Shown: one piece after another, positions 1 to 10,363 of the stretch | Layout: every line of letters starts with the position of its first letter | How positions within the stretch are numbered: position 1 is the first letter of the stretch | Assembly: GCA_963779495.1 (NCBI GenBank) | Contig: CAVZYM010000004.1 | Coordinates: forward strand, 25,497-89,496 | From: an uncultured Pseudomonadota bacterium | GTDB taxonomy: Bacteria > Myxococcota_A > Polyangia > Fen-1088 | Direction: 5' to 3' | DNA: 64,000 nt | Program-made: the position numbers and the translations under genes | The notes under the pieces: model-generated | The model's input: the letters and a program-made list of their open reading frames with translations, nothing else | Told to the model about the DNA's origin: nothing | Database searches by the model: none

Positions 1-222
1 CTTCCAGGCGGCGTCCAGGATCGATCGGCGCATCGCGGTCTGCGCGTCGGCGGCGCTCTCGCGCGTGGCCGGCGTACCGGGCGCGAACGGCGGCGGTTCG
101 ATGTTCCCGGGCGGTGGAGGTGTGACCTCGACAGTCGCGGGCGTGGAGGTCGGCGTCGGCGGGGTCGAGGCGCAGCCCGCACCGGCGGCTGCGCCGACCA
201 GCAGCGCCAGCGCCAGCGTCAC
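1..222 (-). CDS. Putative lipoprotein, N-terminal part only (runs off left edge); in frame with the upstream oxidoreductase
   Basis: Manual translation from GTG at 222: VTLALALLVGAAAGAGC-ASTPPTPTSTPATVEVTPPPPGNIEPPPF...; hydrophobic stretch, lipobox-like GAGC, Pro/Thr-rich linker. Not in the ORF track because no stop lies in the window. Confidence 0.45.
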   Translation of the reverse strand, partial: MTLALALLVGAAAGAGCASTPPTPTSTPATVEVTPPPPGNIEPPPFAPGTPATRESAADAQTAMRRSILDAAWK

Positions 223-1518
223 GGCCAGCGCCCGGCCAGCGGCGGCGCCCGCGCGCGCGGCGGCCGCGGGCCCGCGGTAGCCGGTGACGTCGCCGCAGGC
301 GAACACTCCCGGGGCGGCGGTGGCGAACCGGTCGTCGACGACCGCCGCGAAGCCGCCGCCCGCCGCGTCGAACGCGACCGCGACGCCGTGCTGGCGCGGC
401 AGCTCGGAGGCGGGGGCGGGGAGGGCGGCGACCGCAATCAGCGCGCCGGGGACGGTCCGCGCCGCGCCGTCGGCGGTGCGCACATCGATGCCGCGCAGCT
501 TCTGCTGGCCCCGCGAACCGACGATCGTCTCGCGCGCGACGTCGATGCGCTCGACCTCGACACCCGCGTCGGTGAGCGCGCGGGCCAGGACCGCTCCGGT
601 CGGCGCCGCGTCGAGGATCACCACCCGGCCGCGCGGCGGCACCGGTCGCACGCCCCAGTGGAAAGCCAGCCGCCCGCAGCCACGCGCGGCGATCACCCCC
701 GGGCGATCGTTGTCGGCGAAGGGGAGGTTCTGGTCGTAGCTGCCGGTCGCATAGAGGGTCCGGCGGGCACGGACCCGCGCAAGGCCGTTCGGCGTCGCCA
801 CCGCGAGCAGCCCGCGGCCGCCGTCGGCGCCGACATCCTCGGGGTAGTAGGCGATCGCGGTCGCGCCTCCGATCAGCTGGGCACCGGCCGCGCGCGCGGC
901 GTCCGCCAGCGCGGCCGCCTGCGCCGTGCCGCCGGGCTCGGCGAGCAACGACCCGCCCGGCGTGGCCTGCTCGTCGAACAGCATCACGCGCGCGTTCGGG
1001 GCCGCTTCGATGACGGTGCGCGCGGCGGTGAGCCCGGCCGGCCCGCCGCCGACGATGCAGACGTCGATGACCAGGTCTTCGATCGTCGCGGCGTCGTCGG
1101 GCTCGGCGTCGGGGAGCGTGCCCGACCCCCCCATCTCGCGCACCACCTTCAGGAACATCGCGTTGCCGGCGCGGCTGCCGGTCATCATCGTGTGGTGGTC
1201 CATCCCCTCCGGGAACAGCCAGTCGGCGGCGGCCAGCAAATCGACGTCGGCGCTGGGGAAGGCGTTCTGGCGCGCGCAGGTCAGACCCTCGCGCGCCGGT
1301 GTCACGCAGCTGCGCTGGTTGGGGCGCCCGTCGATGCGCAGGTAACAGGAGGCGCAGTGGCCGTCGAGGCAGAAGAGGCCGCGTGGCCGGTGGTACTTCG
1401 ACGAGCGGGCCAGCGTCCGGACCCCCGCCGCGTACAGCGCGACCGCGACCGGCTCACCCGCGAACGCCGGGACCGGCTCCCCTTCGAAGGTGACAGTGAC
1501 GGTCTCTCTCGGTACCAC
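219..1518 (-). CDS. 2Fe-2S (Fer2_4) + FAD-dependent oxidoreductase, sarcosine oxidase alpha / HcnAB-like; 3' end uncertain
   Basis: Manual translation: VTVTFEGEPVPAFAGEPVAVALYAAGVRTLARSSKYHRPRGLFCLDGHCASCYLRIDGRPNQRSC (Cys cluster), DVCIVGGGPAGLTAA (Rossmann), LYATGSYD, GVFACGDVTG. Upstream in-frame stop at 1563-1561; start is GTG 1518 or 1551. Confidence 0.8.
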
Positions 1519-1644
1519 ACCCGCGAACGGTTCCCTGGGGCTCGGCTTCACCAGGGGAATCTAACCTACCGGGGCCCTGGTTGGTCCCTGGGGAGGACCC
1601 GCGTGTCCCCTGCTCACCGTCGAGGATCTGGTATAGAGGCGCCG

Positions 1645-2940
1645 ATGAGGTCGGCTCCGTTCCGCGCCGCGCTCGGCGCCGCCGTCGCGGTGGCGCTGAC
1701 GGCCGGCGCCGCCGTTGCGCAGCCGGCGCCGCCCGCCGCCACGGATCCTGCGATCACTTTGGGCGAAGCGGTCAAGCGGGCGCTCGAGCACAACCCGACG
1801 GTCGCGGTCGCGGTCGCGGAGATCGATCGTGCCGAGGCGCTGATCAAGCAGGCGCGCGCCGGCTGGTACCCGATCTTGACCGGCAACGGAGCGGTCACGC
1901 GGCTCGACGCCGATCGGATCAGCAACGGCAACATCGTGGCCCCGGAGGCGCAGGTGACCGCCAACCTGCAGCTCACGATCCCGATCATCGCCGCGCCGGC
2001 CTGGGCCGCCACGCGGCGGGCCGAGAGCGGCAAGCGGATCGCCGACGCGAGCGCGGCCGACGTGCGCCGCCAGATCGCGCAGGCGACCGCGCGCACCTAC
2101 CTGATCGTGATGGCGCAGCACCGCGTGGTGGCGGCGGTCGAGACCGCGCGGGTCAACGCCAAGGATCACTACGACTACGCCCACACCCGTTTCGTGGGCG
2201 GGATCGGGCGCGCGATCGACGAGGTGCGGTCCCAGCAGGATCTGGCCACCGTCGAACGGCAGTACCAGGACGCGCTCGTCGGGCTGGCGCGGGCGCGCGA
2301 GGCGCTGGGGATCCTGGTGGCCGCGCCTGGCGCCCTGGACGTGGCGGGCGACGCCGAGCTCGGGCCGGTGCCGTCGCTGGCCGACGCGCTGGCCGACGCG
2401 CAGGTACGTCGAACCGACGTCGTGCTGACGAACGCGCGGGCCGCCTCGGCGCGGCGGGTGGCCAAGGACACCTGGGCCTTCTACGCCCCCTACCTGTCGG
2501 CGATCGGACAGCCGTTCGTCGCCGATCCGCCGACGGCGCTGGTGCCGAAGCGCGGGTGGCAGGCGCAGCTGATGCTGACGCTGCCGATCTACGACGGCGG
2601 CCTGCGCAGCGGTATCGGGCGCGAGCGGGACGCGCTGGTCGTCGAGGCTCAGGCGAATGTCGAGGCGGCGGTGCGGCAGGCCCGGGCCGACGTGCGCGTC
2701 GGCTTCGAGGCGATGTTGCGCGCCGACCAGGGGCTGGCCGCGGCGCGCGAGGCCGCCCGGCTGGCCCACAAGGCCTACGATCTGGCGGTGACCGCCTACC
2801 GCGGCGGCACCAGCACGAACATCGAGGTGCTCGACGCCGCCCACGCCGCCCGCGACTCCGACATCGCCGTCGCGCAGGCCGAGGACCAGTCGCGCCAGAC
2901 CCGGCTCGACCTGTTGGTCGCCAGCGGGCGGTTCCCCTAG
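1645..2940 (+). CDS. TolC-family outer membrane efflux protein
   Basis: C-terminal part of ORF 388..2940 from ATG 1645: signal peptide, ITLGEAVKRALEHNP, ARAGWYP, LTLPIYDGG, YRGGTSTNIEVLDA motifs. The ORF portion before 1645 is antisense to the oxidoreductase. Confidence 0.85.
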   Translation: MRSAPFRAALGAAVAVALTAGAAVAQPAPPAATDPAITLGEAVKRALEHNPTVAVAVAEIDRAEALIKQARAGWYPILTGNGAVTRLDADRISNGNIVAPEAQVTANLQLTIPIIAAPAWAATRRAESGKRIADASAADVRRQIAQATARTYLIVMAQHRVVAAVETARVNAKDHYDYAHTRFVGGIGRAIDEVRSQQDLATVERQYQDALVGLARAREALGILVAAPGALDVAGDAELGPVPSLADALADAQVRRTDVVLTNARAASARRVAKDTWAFYAPYLSAIGQPFVADPPTALVPKRGWQAQLMLTLPIYDGGLRSGIGRERDALVVEAQANVEAAVRQARADVRVGFEAMLRADQGLAAAREAARLAHKAYDLAVTAYRGGTSTNIEVLDAAHAARDSDIAVAQAEDQSRQTRLDLLVASGRFP

Positions 2941-3632
2941 GGTGGTTTCGGCCGCTCGCCAAAAATCGCGGTGCCCACCCGGACGATGGTCGCCCCTTCG
3001 GCGATGGCGATCTCGAAGTCGTCGCTCATCCCCATCGACAGCTCGCGCAGGTCGACGCGGGGACGCGGGCGGGCCGCCTCGCGCGCGCGCAGCGCGCGCA
3101 GCGCCGCGAAGTGCGGGCGGGGATCCTCGTCGAAAGGGGGGATCAGCATCAGCCCCAGGCAGCGGGCCTGCGTGGCGGTCGCGAACGCGTCGAGCAGCGC
3201 GGGCAGCGCGTCGGGGGAGACGCCGCGCTTCTGCGCCTCGCCCGCCACGTTGACCTGGACCAGGCAGTCCTGGGGCACGCCGCGGCCGTCGATTGCAGCC
3301 AGCAGGGCTGGGGAATCGACCGAATGGATGAGCGCGGCCTGACCAACGACGTACTTGACCTTGTTGCTCTGCAGCGGTCCGACGAAGTGCCATTCGGGCG
3401 CCGGGGCGTCGGCCGACAGGGCCGCGCGCTTGTCGCGCAGTTCCTGCGCGTAGTTCTCGCCGAAGGCGAGCTGCCCCGCGGCCCGCGCCGCGCGGACGTC
3501 GTCGGGGGGCATCTTCTTGCTGATCGCGAGCAGCCGGACCGAGCCGGCCGGACGGCCGGCGGCGCGCTCGGCCTCGGCGACCCGGGCCCGCACCCGCGCG
3601 AGGCCGTCGGCGATCGCCGCGGCGCGGGTCAT
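2937..3632 (-). CDS. yggS: PLP homeostasis protein YggS/PROSC
   Basis: [59 protein letters not shown]; start ATG 3632. Confidence 0.95.
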   Translation of the reverse strand: MTRAAAIADGLARVRARVAEAERAAGRPAGSVRLLAISKKMPPDDVRAARAAGQLAFGENYAQELRDKRAALSADAPAPEWHFVGPLQSNKVKYVVGQAALIHSVDSPALLAAIDGRGVPQDCLVQVNVAGEAQKRGVSPDALPALLDAFATATQARCLGLMLIPPFDEDPRPHFAALRALRAREAARPRPRVDLRELSMGMSDDFEIAIAEGATIVRVGTAIFGERPKPP

Positions 3633-4282
3633 TCGCCCGTCGCGTCGCCGAAGGCCGGCCGCGGATAGCGCGGCAGCGCCTCCAGCGCCTGCAGATCGGC
3701 GAGCAGCTCGGCGACCGGCAGCCCGATCACGTTCGTGTGGGAGCCGCGCAGCTCGCTGATGAAGGCGCCCGCGATCCCCTGGACCGCGTAGCCGCCAGCC
3801 TTGCCGCGCCATTCGCCGCAGGCCAGGTAGGCGTCGAGCTCGGCGGCCCGCAGAGCGCGGACCGCCACCACCGTCGTGACCGCGCGCTCGGCGGCACGCT
3901 CCCCGTGGCGGATCTTGTAAGCCGTCGTCACCTCGTGCCGCCGGCCGGCGATGAGGGTCAGCATCGCGCGCGCGTCGTCCTCGTCGCGCGGCTTGCCCAG
4001 GATGCGGTCGTCGACGATCACCGTGGTGTCTGCCCCGACGACCGGCGGCGTGGCGTCTTCACCCCGAGCGCCGGCCAGGCGATCGGCGATCAGATCGCAC
4101 TTGGCGGCGGCGATGCGGCGGACGTAGTCGGCCGGGCGCTCGCCGGGGCGGGGCGTCTCGTCGACGTCGGCGGGCAGCACCTGCAGCGCCAGCCCCATAC
4201 GCTCGAGCAGCTCGCGCCGCCGCGGCGACGCGGACGCCAGTATCAGATCGACGAGATCGGCGAGATCGGGCGCAGCCGTCAT
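3629..4282 (-). CDS. maf: Maf family nucleotide pyrophosphatase
   Basis: LILASASPRRRELL, GADTTV, ILGKP, GKAGGYAVQG, GSHTNVIGLP; start ATG 4282. Confidence 0.93.
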   Translation of the reverse strand: MTAAPDLADLVDLILASASPRRRELLERMGLALQVLPADVDETPRPGERPADYVRRIAAAKCDLIADRLAGARGEDATPPVVGADTTVIVDDRILGKPRDEDDARAMLTLIAGRRHEVTTAYKIRHGERAAERAVTTVVAVRALRAAELDAYLACGEWRGKAGGYAVQGIAGAFISELRGSHTNVIGLPVAELLADLQALEALPRYPRPAFGDATGE

Positions 4283-4334
4283 CGGCGGGCTTTTACCATG
4301 CAACGCGGAACCCCGACCTCCGACAACGGCCGCC

Positions 4335-5564
4335 ATGCCACACCGATCGGCGCCGCGCGCCTGCTTTGCTGCTGCCGGCCCCGTCGTTGTCGCGGCGCTG
4401 GCGCTCGCCTGCGCGCCACCCGCCACCGACCTCACGCGGCCCCCCGGAGACCCCATGATGATGGCGACGGGCAGCCCTGCGGCCGGCGGGTCGCTGATGG
4501 ATCCGATGGCAGGGGCGATCGACGTCCCCGCGAACCTGGCCGCCGTGATCGTCCGCTTCGCAGGCCCGGTCGTCTGGGGGAACGACCTCGGGATTCGGGT
4601 CTGCGACGGCGCCGCTGGACCTGTCGCCTCGTCGCCGCCCGCGGAGGTGCCGTGCGACGGCGGCCGCTGCTACCGGACCGACCTCGGCGGCCCGCTCCCG
4701 CCGGGCGTCACCTGTCCGGTCGCGATCGGTGACGGGATCACGGACGCCGGGGGCCGGCCGATCGCCGCCGGCGTCATCGGCGTGTTCGACACCGCGGCCG
4801 CGCGGGACGAGGTGCCGCCGGCGCTCGCCGGGGTCACGGTCGACGTCGCCGGACCCTGCCTGACCGTCGCCTTCGTGACCGACGAGCCGGCGACCGGGAC
4901 GGTGGTGATTCGGGCGGGGGAGGCCGAGGTCGAGACGCCGGCCGGTGTCGGGGCGACGGCGTTCTCGGTCTCGATCCCGGTGGCGACGCTGCCGGCCGAG
5001 AGCGCCGCGACGGTCACCATCACCGCCGTCGATCGCGCCGGCAACGTCGCGGCCTCGTCGCCGGTGCCCTTCCAGACCCCGCCGGCGCTACCGCGGATCG
5101 CGATCACCGAGGTGGTGGCCAACGCGGCCGGGCCGGAGCCCGGGCAGGAGTACGTCGAGCTGCGTAACCTCGGCGAGGTGGCCGTCGATCTGGCCGGGCT
5201 GCGCCTCGAGGACGCCAAGGGCGCCGACGAGCTGCCTGCCGAGACGCTGCCGCCCGGGGGCTACGCGCTGGTCGTCCCCTCGGGTTATGACCCGGCGCAG
5301 GGGCAGGATCCGGCGCCCCGCCCGGGGACCGGCCTGGTGCGGGTCGACACGCGCCTCGGCGCCGACGGGCTCAGCAACGGCGGGGAGCGGGTGCGCTTGA
5401 TGCTGGGCGAGGCGGTTGTATCGAGCTACGGGGGATTCGTCGACGTGTCGGCGAGCAGCTGGGCGGGTAAGGGTGTCCACCGATTGGTCCAGACCGCCTG
5501 CGATCGCCCGGATACCTGGAATCGCACGCCGCTGGACGCGACACCGGGAGCGGGACCGCCCTGA
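4335..5564 (+). CDS. Lipoprotein with Ig-like domains and C-terminal lamin-tail domain
   Basis: Signal ending ALALAC; beta-rich middle; IAITEVVANAAGPEPGQEYVELRN and LSNGGERVRL are typical of lamin-tail domains. Confidence 0.7.
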   Translation: MPHRSAPRACFAAAGPVVVAALALACAPPATDLTRPPGDPMMMATGSPAAGGSLMDPMAGAIDVPANLAAVIVRFAGPVVWGNDLGIRVCDGAAGPVASSPPAEVPCDGGRCYRTDLGGPLPPGVTCPVAIGDGITDAGGRPIAAGVIGVFDTAAARDEVPPALAGVTVDVAGPCLTVAFVTDEPATGTVVIRAGEAEVETPAGVGATAFSVSIPVATLPAESAATVTITAVDRAGNVAASSPVPFQTPPALPRIAITEVVANAAGPEPGQEYVELRNLGEVAVDLAGLRLEDAKGADELPAETLPPGGYALVVPSGYDPAQGQDPAPRPGTGLVRVDTRLGADGLSNGGERVRLMLGEAVVSSYGGFVDVSASSWAGKGVHRLVQTACDRPDTWNRTPLDATPGAGPP

Positions 5565-5583
5565 ACTGTGGTAGAAAAAATCC

Positions 5584-6333
5584 ATGTCCGGGCACAACCG
5601 GTGGACGAAGATCAAGCACAAGAAAGAGGCTTCGGACTCGAAGCGCTCGAAGGTATGGACGAAGGTCATCAAGGAGCTGACCATCTCGGCGCGGCTCGGC
5701 GGAGGTGACATAGGCGGCAACCCGCGGCTGCGCTCGGCGGTAGAGAAGGCGCGCAACGCGAACATGCCGAACGACACCATCGATCGGGCGATCAAGAAGG
5801 GGACCGGCGATCTTGAAGGGGTCGTCTACGAAGAGTTCAACTACGAGATCTTCGGCCCGGGCGGAACCGCGGTGCTGGTCGAGATCATGACCGACAACCG
5901 CAACCGGACCGCCGGCGAGGTTCGCAGCGTGATCACCCGCCACGGTGGCAACCTGGGCGCGTCCGGCTCGGTCGGCTACATGTTCAAGAAGCAGGGGCTG
6001 GTGGTCTTCGACAAGACCGCGGTCGACGAGGACAAGCTGACCGAGCAAGCGATCGAGCTCGGGGCCGACGACATCCGCAACGAGGGGGACTCGTTGGTGG
6101 TGGTCACCGAGCCCAAGGAGTTCGAGCGGATCCGCGAGGGGTTGAAGAAGGCGGGGATGCCGGACCCGGTCAACGCCGAGGTGACGATGGTCCCGCAGAC
6201 CACCGTCAAGCTGACCGGCAAGGAGGCCGAGTCGGCGGTCAAGCTGGTGCACGCGCTCGAGGACAACGACGACGTGCAGAACGTCTACTCGAACATGGAC
6301 GTCGACGACTCAGTTCTGGAGAGCGTCGGCTAG
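5584..6333 (+). CDS. yebC: YebC/PmpR family regulator
   Basis: MSGHNRWTKIKHKK, NPRLRSAV, GPGGTAVLVEIMTDNRNRT, DDVQNVYSN; canonical position before ruvC. Confidence 0.96.
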   Translation: MSGHNRWTKIKHKKEASDSKRSKVWTKVIKELTISARLGGGDIGGNPRLRSAVEKARNANMPNDTIDRAIKKGTGDLEGVVYEEFNYEIFGPGGTAVLVEIMTDNRNRTAGEVRSVITRHGGNLGASGSVGYMFKKQGLVVFDKTAVDEDKLTEQAIELGADDIRNEGDSLVVVTEPKEFERIREGLKKAGMPDPVNAEVTMVPQTTVKLTGKEAESAVKLVHALEDNDDVQNVYSNMDVDDSVLESVG

Positions 6334-6363
6334 GCGGGCGATAATCGCGCGGCAAGCAGATCG

Positions 6364-6904
6364 ATGATGCCGCGCACGTCCCCAGCCGCCGAGAAGAGAG
6401 CGTCCGCATCGCCCGCCCGGTCGTTTCGAATCCTGGGCATTGACCCTGGGACCGTGCGCCTCGGCTACGGGGTGATCGAATGCCGGGGCGCCGCGCAGGT
6501 GAGCTACGTCGAGTGCGGCGTGATCGCGGCCGCGGCGCGCGACGCGCGTTCGGTCCGGCTCGCCGAGATCGGTCGCGGGCTGCGCGAGGTTCTGGCCGAG
6601 GTGCGTCCCGACGCCGTGGCGATGGAGGACGCCTTCTTCGGCGACAACGTGCAGTCGACGCTGGCGCTGGGCGAGGCGCGCGGGGTGGCGATGTTCGTCG
6701 CCGCCGAGCAAGGACTGGAGGTCGCCGGCTATGCCGCCCGCGACCGTCAAGCAGGCCGTTGTCGGCCATGGGCGCGCGACGAAGGAGCAGGTCGGGTTCC
6801 TGGTGCGGGCGCTGCTGTCGCTGCGCCGTACGCCGTCGCCCGACGCGGCCGACGCGCTGGCGATCGCCATCTGCCATGCGCGCCGCCGCGGCGTGGGCGT
6901 GTGA
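6364..6904 (+). CDS. ruvC: Holliday junction resolvase RuvC with one apparent +1 frameshift near 6733
   Basis: [24 protein letters not shown]; after removing one base the frame reads [47 protein letters not shown] to TGA at 6902-6904. Confidence 0.92.
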
Positions 6905-6923
6905 GCGTGGATCGGATGACCGA

Positions 6924-7544
6924 ATGATCGCGTTTCTGCGCGGCATCCTGATGGACAACGACGGCGAGGCGGCCGTCGTCGACGTCGCCGGCGTCGGCTA
7001 CCAGGTCCTGGTCAGTGCCACGACCGCAGCCGCGCTGCCTTCGCCCGGCCCGGAGGCGGAGGTCCGTCTCTACGTCCACACGCACTTCGTGGCGGACGAG
7101 CCCCTTCGTCTTTACGGGTTCGCGTCCACGGCGGAGCGCGCGCTGTTTCAGACCCTGATCGGCGTGCAAGGGGTGGGGCCGCGGGTGGCGCTGGCGATCC
7201 TGGCCGGCATCGAGACCGGCGAGCTGGTGAGGGCGATCGCGACCGGGAACGTCGCGCGCCTCACGGAGGTCAAGGGCGTCGGCAAGAAGACCGCCGAGCG
7301 GCTGGCCCTGGAGCTGCGCGAGAAGATCCTGACCGTCCCGACGGGCAAGGGGGCGTCGGCCGCGGTCGCCGGCCCGCCGCCGGCGAACGGTGTGCCGCGC
7401 GGTCCGCTGGGCGAGGTCCATGGCGCGTTGGTCACGCTCGGCTACAAGCCGGGCGAGTTCGAGTCGCTGATGGACGACATGGACGCCGGGCGGCCCCCCG
7501 CCGATCTGATTCGCGAGGCGCTCTCCGCCCTGCGCAGGAAATAG
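6924..7544 (+). CDS. ruvA: Holliday junction branch migration protein RuvA
   Basis: [60 protein letters not shown]. Confidence 0.96.
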   Translation: MIAFLRGILMDNDGEAAVVDVAGVGYQVLVSATTAAALPSPGPEAEVRLYVHTHFVADEPLRLYGFASTAERALFQTLIGVQGVGPRVALAILAGIETGELVRAIATGNVARLTEVKGVGKKTAERLALELREKILTVPTGKGASAAVAGPPPANGVPRGPLGEVHGALVTLGYKPGEFESLMDDMDAGRPPADLIREALSALRRK

Positions 7545-7546
7545 CG

Positions 7547-8620
7547 ATGGCGCGCAACAAACACGACGACGGCGAACCCGAGGTCACGCCCCCCGCCCGG
7601 GCCGTCTCCCCCGAGCCGAGCGGGGCCGGGCTCGATCGCGACGACGACGCGGCCCTGCGCCCCCGCAGCTTCGACGAGTTCGTCGGGCAGCGGAAGATCG
7701 CCGACAACCTGGCCGTCTACGTCAAGGCGGCGCGCAAGCGCGGCGACGCCCTCGATCACGTGCTGCTCTCCGGCCCGCCCGGCCTGGGCAAGACCACGCT
7801 CGCCTATCTGCTCGCCCGCGAGATGGGGACCGAGGTGCGGGTGACGTCGGGGCCCGCGCTCGAGCGCAAGGGCGATCTGGCGGGGCTGCTCACCTCCCTG
7901 GGGCGAGGCGACGTGCTGTTCATCGACGAGATCCACCGCCTGCAGCCGGTGATCGAGGAGAGCCTCTACCCGGCGATGGAGGACTTTCGCATCGAGCTGA
8001 TGACCGGGACCGGAGCCGGCGCGCGGGCCATCACCCTGCCGATCGAGCGGTTCACGCTGGTCGGGGCGACCACCCGGACCGGGCAGCTCGGCTCGCCGCT
8101 GCTCGATCGCTTCGGCATTCGCGAGTCGTTCGCCTTCTACTCGGCCGACGAGCTCACAGCCATCGTCCAGCGGTCGGCGCGCCTGCTCGGGATCGGCATC
8201 GACGACGCGGGGGCCGAGGAGATCGGTCGCCGCGCCCGGGGCACCCCGCGCATCGCCAACCGCCTGTTGCGGCGGGTCCGCGACTTCGCCGACGTCAGCG
8301 GCGACGGTCGCGTCACCCGCGCGGTCGCCGAGTACGCGCTGGGGCGGCTGGAGGTCGATGCCGCGGGGCTCGACGCCGGCGACCGGCGGATCCTGACCAC
8401 GATCGTCAAGCGGTTCGACGGCGGCCCGGTCGGGATCGAGTCGCTGGCGGCGTCGCTGGCCGAGGATCGCGACACGCTCGAGTTCGTCTACGAGCCCTAT
8501 CTCATCCAGGAGGGGTTCCTGATCCGCACGCCCCGCGGGCGGCAGGCGACCCGCCTCGCCTACGATCACCTGGGGCTGCCGCCGCCGGCGCGGCCGGGCG
8601 GGCAGGGGACGCTCTTCTGA
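7547..8620 (+). CDS. ruvB: Holliday junction branch migration helicase RuvB
   Basis: [71 protein letters not shown]. Confidence 0.98.
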   Translation: MARNKHDDGEPEVTPPARAVSPEPSGAGLDRDDDAALRPRSFDEFVGQRKIADNLAVYVKAARKRGDALDHVLLSGPPGLGKTTLAYLLAREMGTEVRVTSGPALERKGDLAGLLTSLGRGDVLFIDEIHRLQPVIEESLYPAMEDFRIELMTGTGAGARAITLPIERFTLVGATTRTGQLGSPLLDRFGIRESFAFYSADELTAIVQRSARLLGIGIDDAGAEEIGRRARGTPRIANRLLRRVRDFADVSGDGRVTRAVAEYALGRLEVDAAGLDAGDRRILTTIVKRFDGGPVGIESLAASLAEDRDTLEFVYEPYLIQEGFLIRTPRGRQATRLAYDHLGLPPPARPGGQGTLF

Positions 8621-8749
8621 GCCGCGAGGCTCGCCTCCGTGCTGACGGTGCCGCGTCGGTGAGCCGCGTTCGCAGCCGCGCCGTGCGCTTGCGCCGGTGG
8701 TGCGTTCGGGGGAGACTGCCGCCCGTTTCTTAATTCCATAAAACTGGCT

Positions 8750-10363
8750 TTGGTTCCGACGATGGGTAACGCGCTTGAACGACTTCACGCCATAGCGGAA
8801 CAGGTTCGCGCCCGACGGTGGGCGCTCTGGCTGCTCTTGGCGTTTCCGCCCCTCGCGATGATGGCCCTGTTCATCGTGACCGGGATTCGGGGCGTCGACT
8901 TCGGCTACCACTGGGACGAGGTCGATTGGCAGATCCGGCCGGTGCGCGACATGGTCTCGAGCGGGCTGCTGATCCCCCGCGCCGCGATCTATCCGACGTT
9001 CTGCAAGTGGCTCACCTTCTCGACCACGCTGCCGGCCGCGCTGCTGGCGCTGCTGCGCGGGCGCGATCCGCGGGGGGTCCAGAACGCGATGCTGGCGGTG
9101 CTGGATGGCAAGAACATCCTGCTGACGGTTCGCATCCTCTACGTCGTCGTCAGCGCGTTCGCGATCCTCTGGGTCTACGCGGCCGCCCTGGTCCTGCGGC
9201 GCCGCTGGTGGGAGGCGCTGATCGCGGCCGCCGGGGTCGGGCTGACCTGGGAGTACGCGTACCACGCCCGCTGGGTCGCGACCGACTCCATCCTGGTGCA
9301 GTTCACCGCGTTGCTGCTGCTGATGCTGGCGCTGCATCACCGGACCGGGAAGCGCGGCTGGCTCTACGCCGCGGCGGTCGCCGCCGGGCTCTGCACCGGG
9401 ACGAAGTACCCCGGCGTGATCGGGTTGGTGCCGGTGCTGATCGCGGGGGCGCTCTCCTCGCCCGGTCGCGGCGTCTGGCGCCACCTGGGGCAGGCCGCGC
9501 TGCTGTGCGGGATCGCGTTCGCGACCTACCTCATCACCACCCCCTCGACCGTCTTCGATCCCTTCACGTTCGTCGAGCAGTACAAATGGATCGCGCGCCA
9601 GTACCGCGACGGGCACGCCGGCCACGCCGTCAAGGGCGCGGGCGAGCACTGGAGGATCGTGCTCGCGTACTTCTCGCTCGCCTACTTCTCGCCCTACCGG
9701 GCCGTCGCGCTGGTGATGTTCGTCGCCATGTTGGCGGGGGGCGTCGTCTGGGCCCGCAGCGATCGCCGGTGGGCCGCCGTGGTGATCAGCTTCCCGGTCG
9801 TGTTCCTGCTGTTCTTCTGCTTCAAGTTCAAGGACGTGATCGCCCGGAACTACCTGCTCATCGGACCGTTCTTCGCGCTGCTGGCCGCCCGCGGGATAGG
9901 CGAGCTCGTCGAGCGGCTCGGCCGCCGGTGGGCGCAGGCGACGGTGGGCGCGGCGCTGGTCGGCGCCATGGTCGTGCAGGCGCTGTTCCTCGTGCGCGCG
10001 GCCGAGAGCATCCGGCACTTCGATCCCAAGGTCTACGTGACGTCGGCGATCGTCTACGTCACCAAGCATCCCCGCACGCGGTTCCGGCTCTCGCCGAAGG
10101 TGCTGTCGCTCGCGGGCGAACAGAGCCTGAAGATTCCGAAAAACGTCACCCAGGGGCCCGAGGCGCAGGAGGTCGTCCTCTTCGCGGAGGCGGAGGGTCC
10201 CGACTCCTGGAACTGGAGGACCAACGATCCCTGGTTGACCCGGGCGGTGTTCGGGCCGCTCGAGATGAACTTCGACTGGTACTCGGGCTGGATGGGTAAA
10301 GATCGCGTCGTCGTGATGACCAAGGCGAAGGCGCTCTCGACAGGGGTGACGCTTGCCAAGTGA
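8750..10363 (+). CDS. Multi-pass GT-C fold glycosyltransferase (ArnT/PMT-like)
   Basis: About 11-13 hydrophobic segments, YHWDE luminal loop, ATD, GLCTGTKYPG motif, RNYLL; soluble C-terminal domain. Confidence 0.7.
   Translation: MVPTMGNALERLHAIAEQVRARRWALWLLLAFPPLAMMALFIVTGIRGVDFGYHWDEVDWQIRPVRDMVSSGLLIPRAAIYPTFCKWLTFSTTLPAALLALLRGRDPRGVQNAMLAVLDGKNILLTVRILYVVVSAFAILWVYAAALVLRRRWWEALIAAAGVGLTWEYAYHARWVATDSILVQFTALLLLMLALHHRTGKRGWLYAAAVAAGLCTGTKYPGVIGLVPVLIAGALSSPGRGVWRHLGQAALLCGIAFATYLITTPSTVFDPFTFVEQYKWIARQYRDGHAGHAVKGAGEHWRIVLAYFSLAYFSPYRAVALVMFVAMLAGGVVWARSDRRWAAVVISFPVVFLLFFCFKFKDVIARNYLLIGPFFALLAARGIGELVERLGRRWAQATVGAALVGAMVVQALFLVRAAESIRHFDPKVYVTSAIVYVTKHPRTRFRLSPKVLSLAGEQSLKIPKNVTQGPEAQEVVLFAEAEGPDSWNWRTNDPWLTRAVFGPLEMNFDWYSGWMGKDRVVVMTKAKALSTGVTLAK

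Noticed and set aside
388-1644. N-terminal 419 aa of the 850-aa + strand ORF
   Set aside because: Antisense shadow of the oxidoreductase; TolC begins at ATG 1645.
8621-8749. Possible fifth copy of the repeat (contains GCGTTCGGGGGAG) or a relative of the 39.9-kb element
   Set aside because: Only short matches; the flanking hairpins and GAGCCC frame are missing, and such matches are likely by chance at this GC content.
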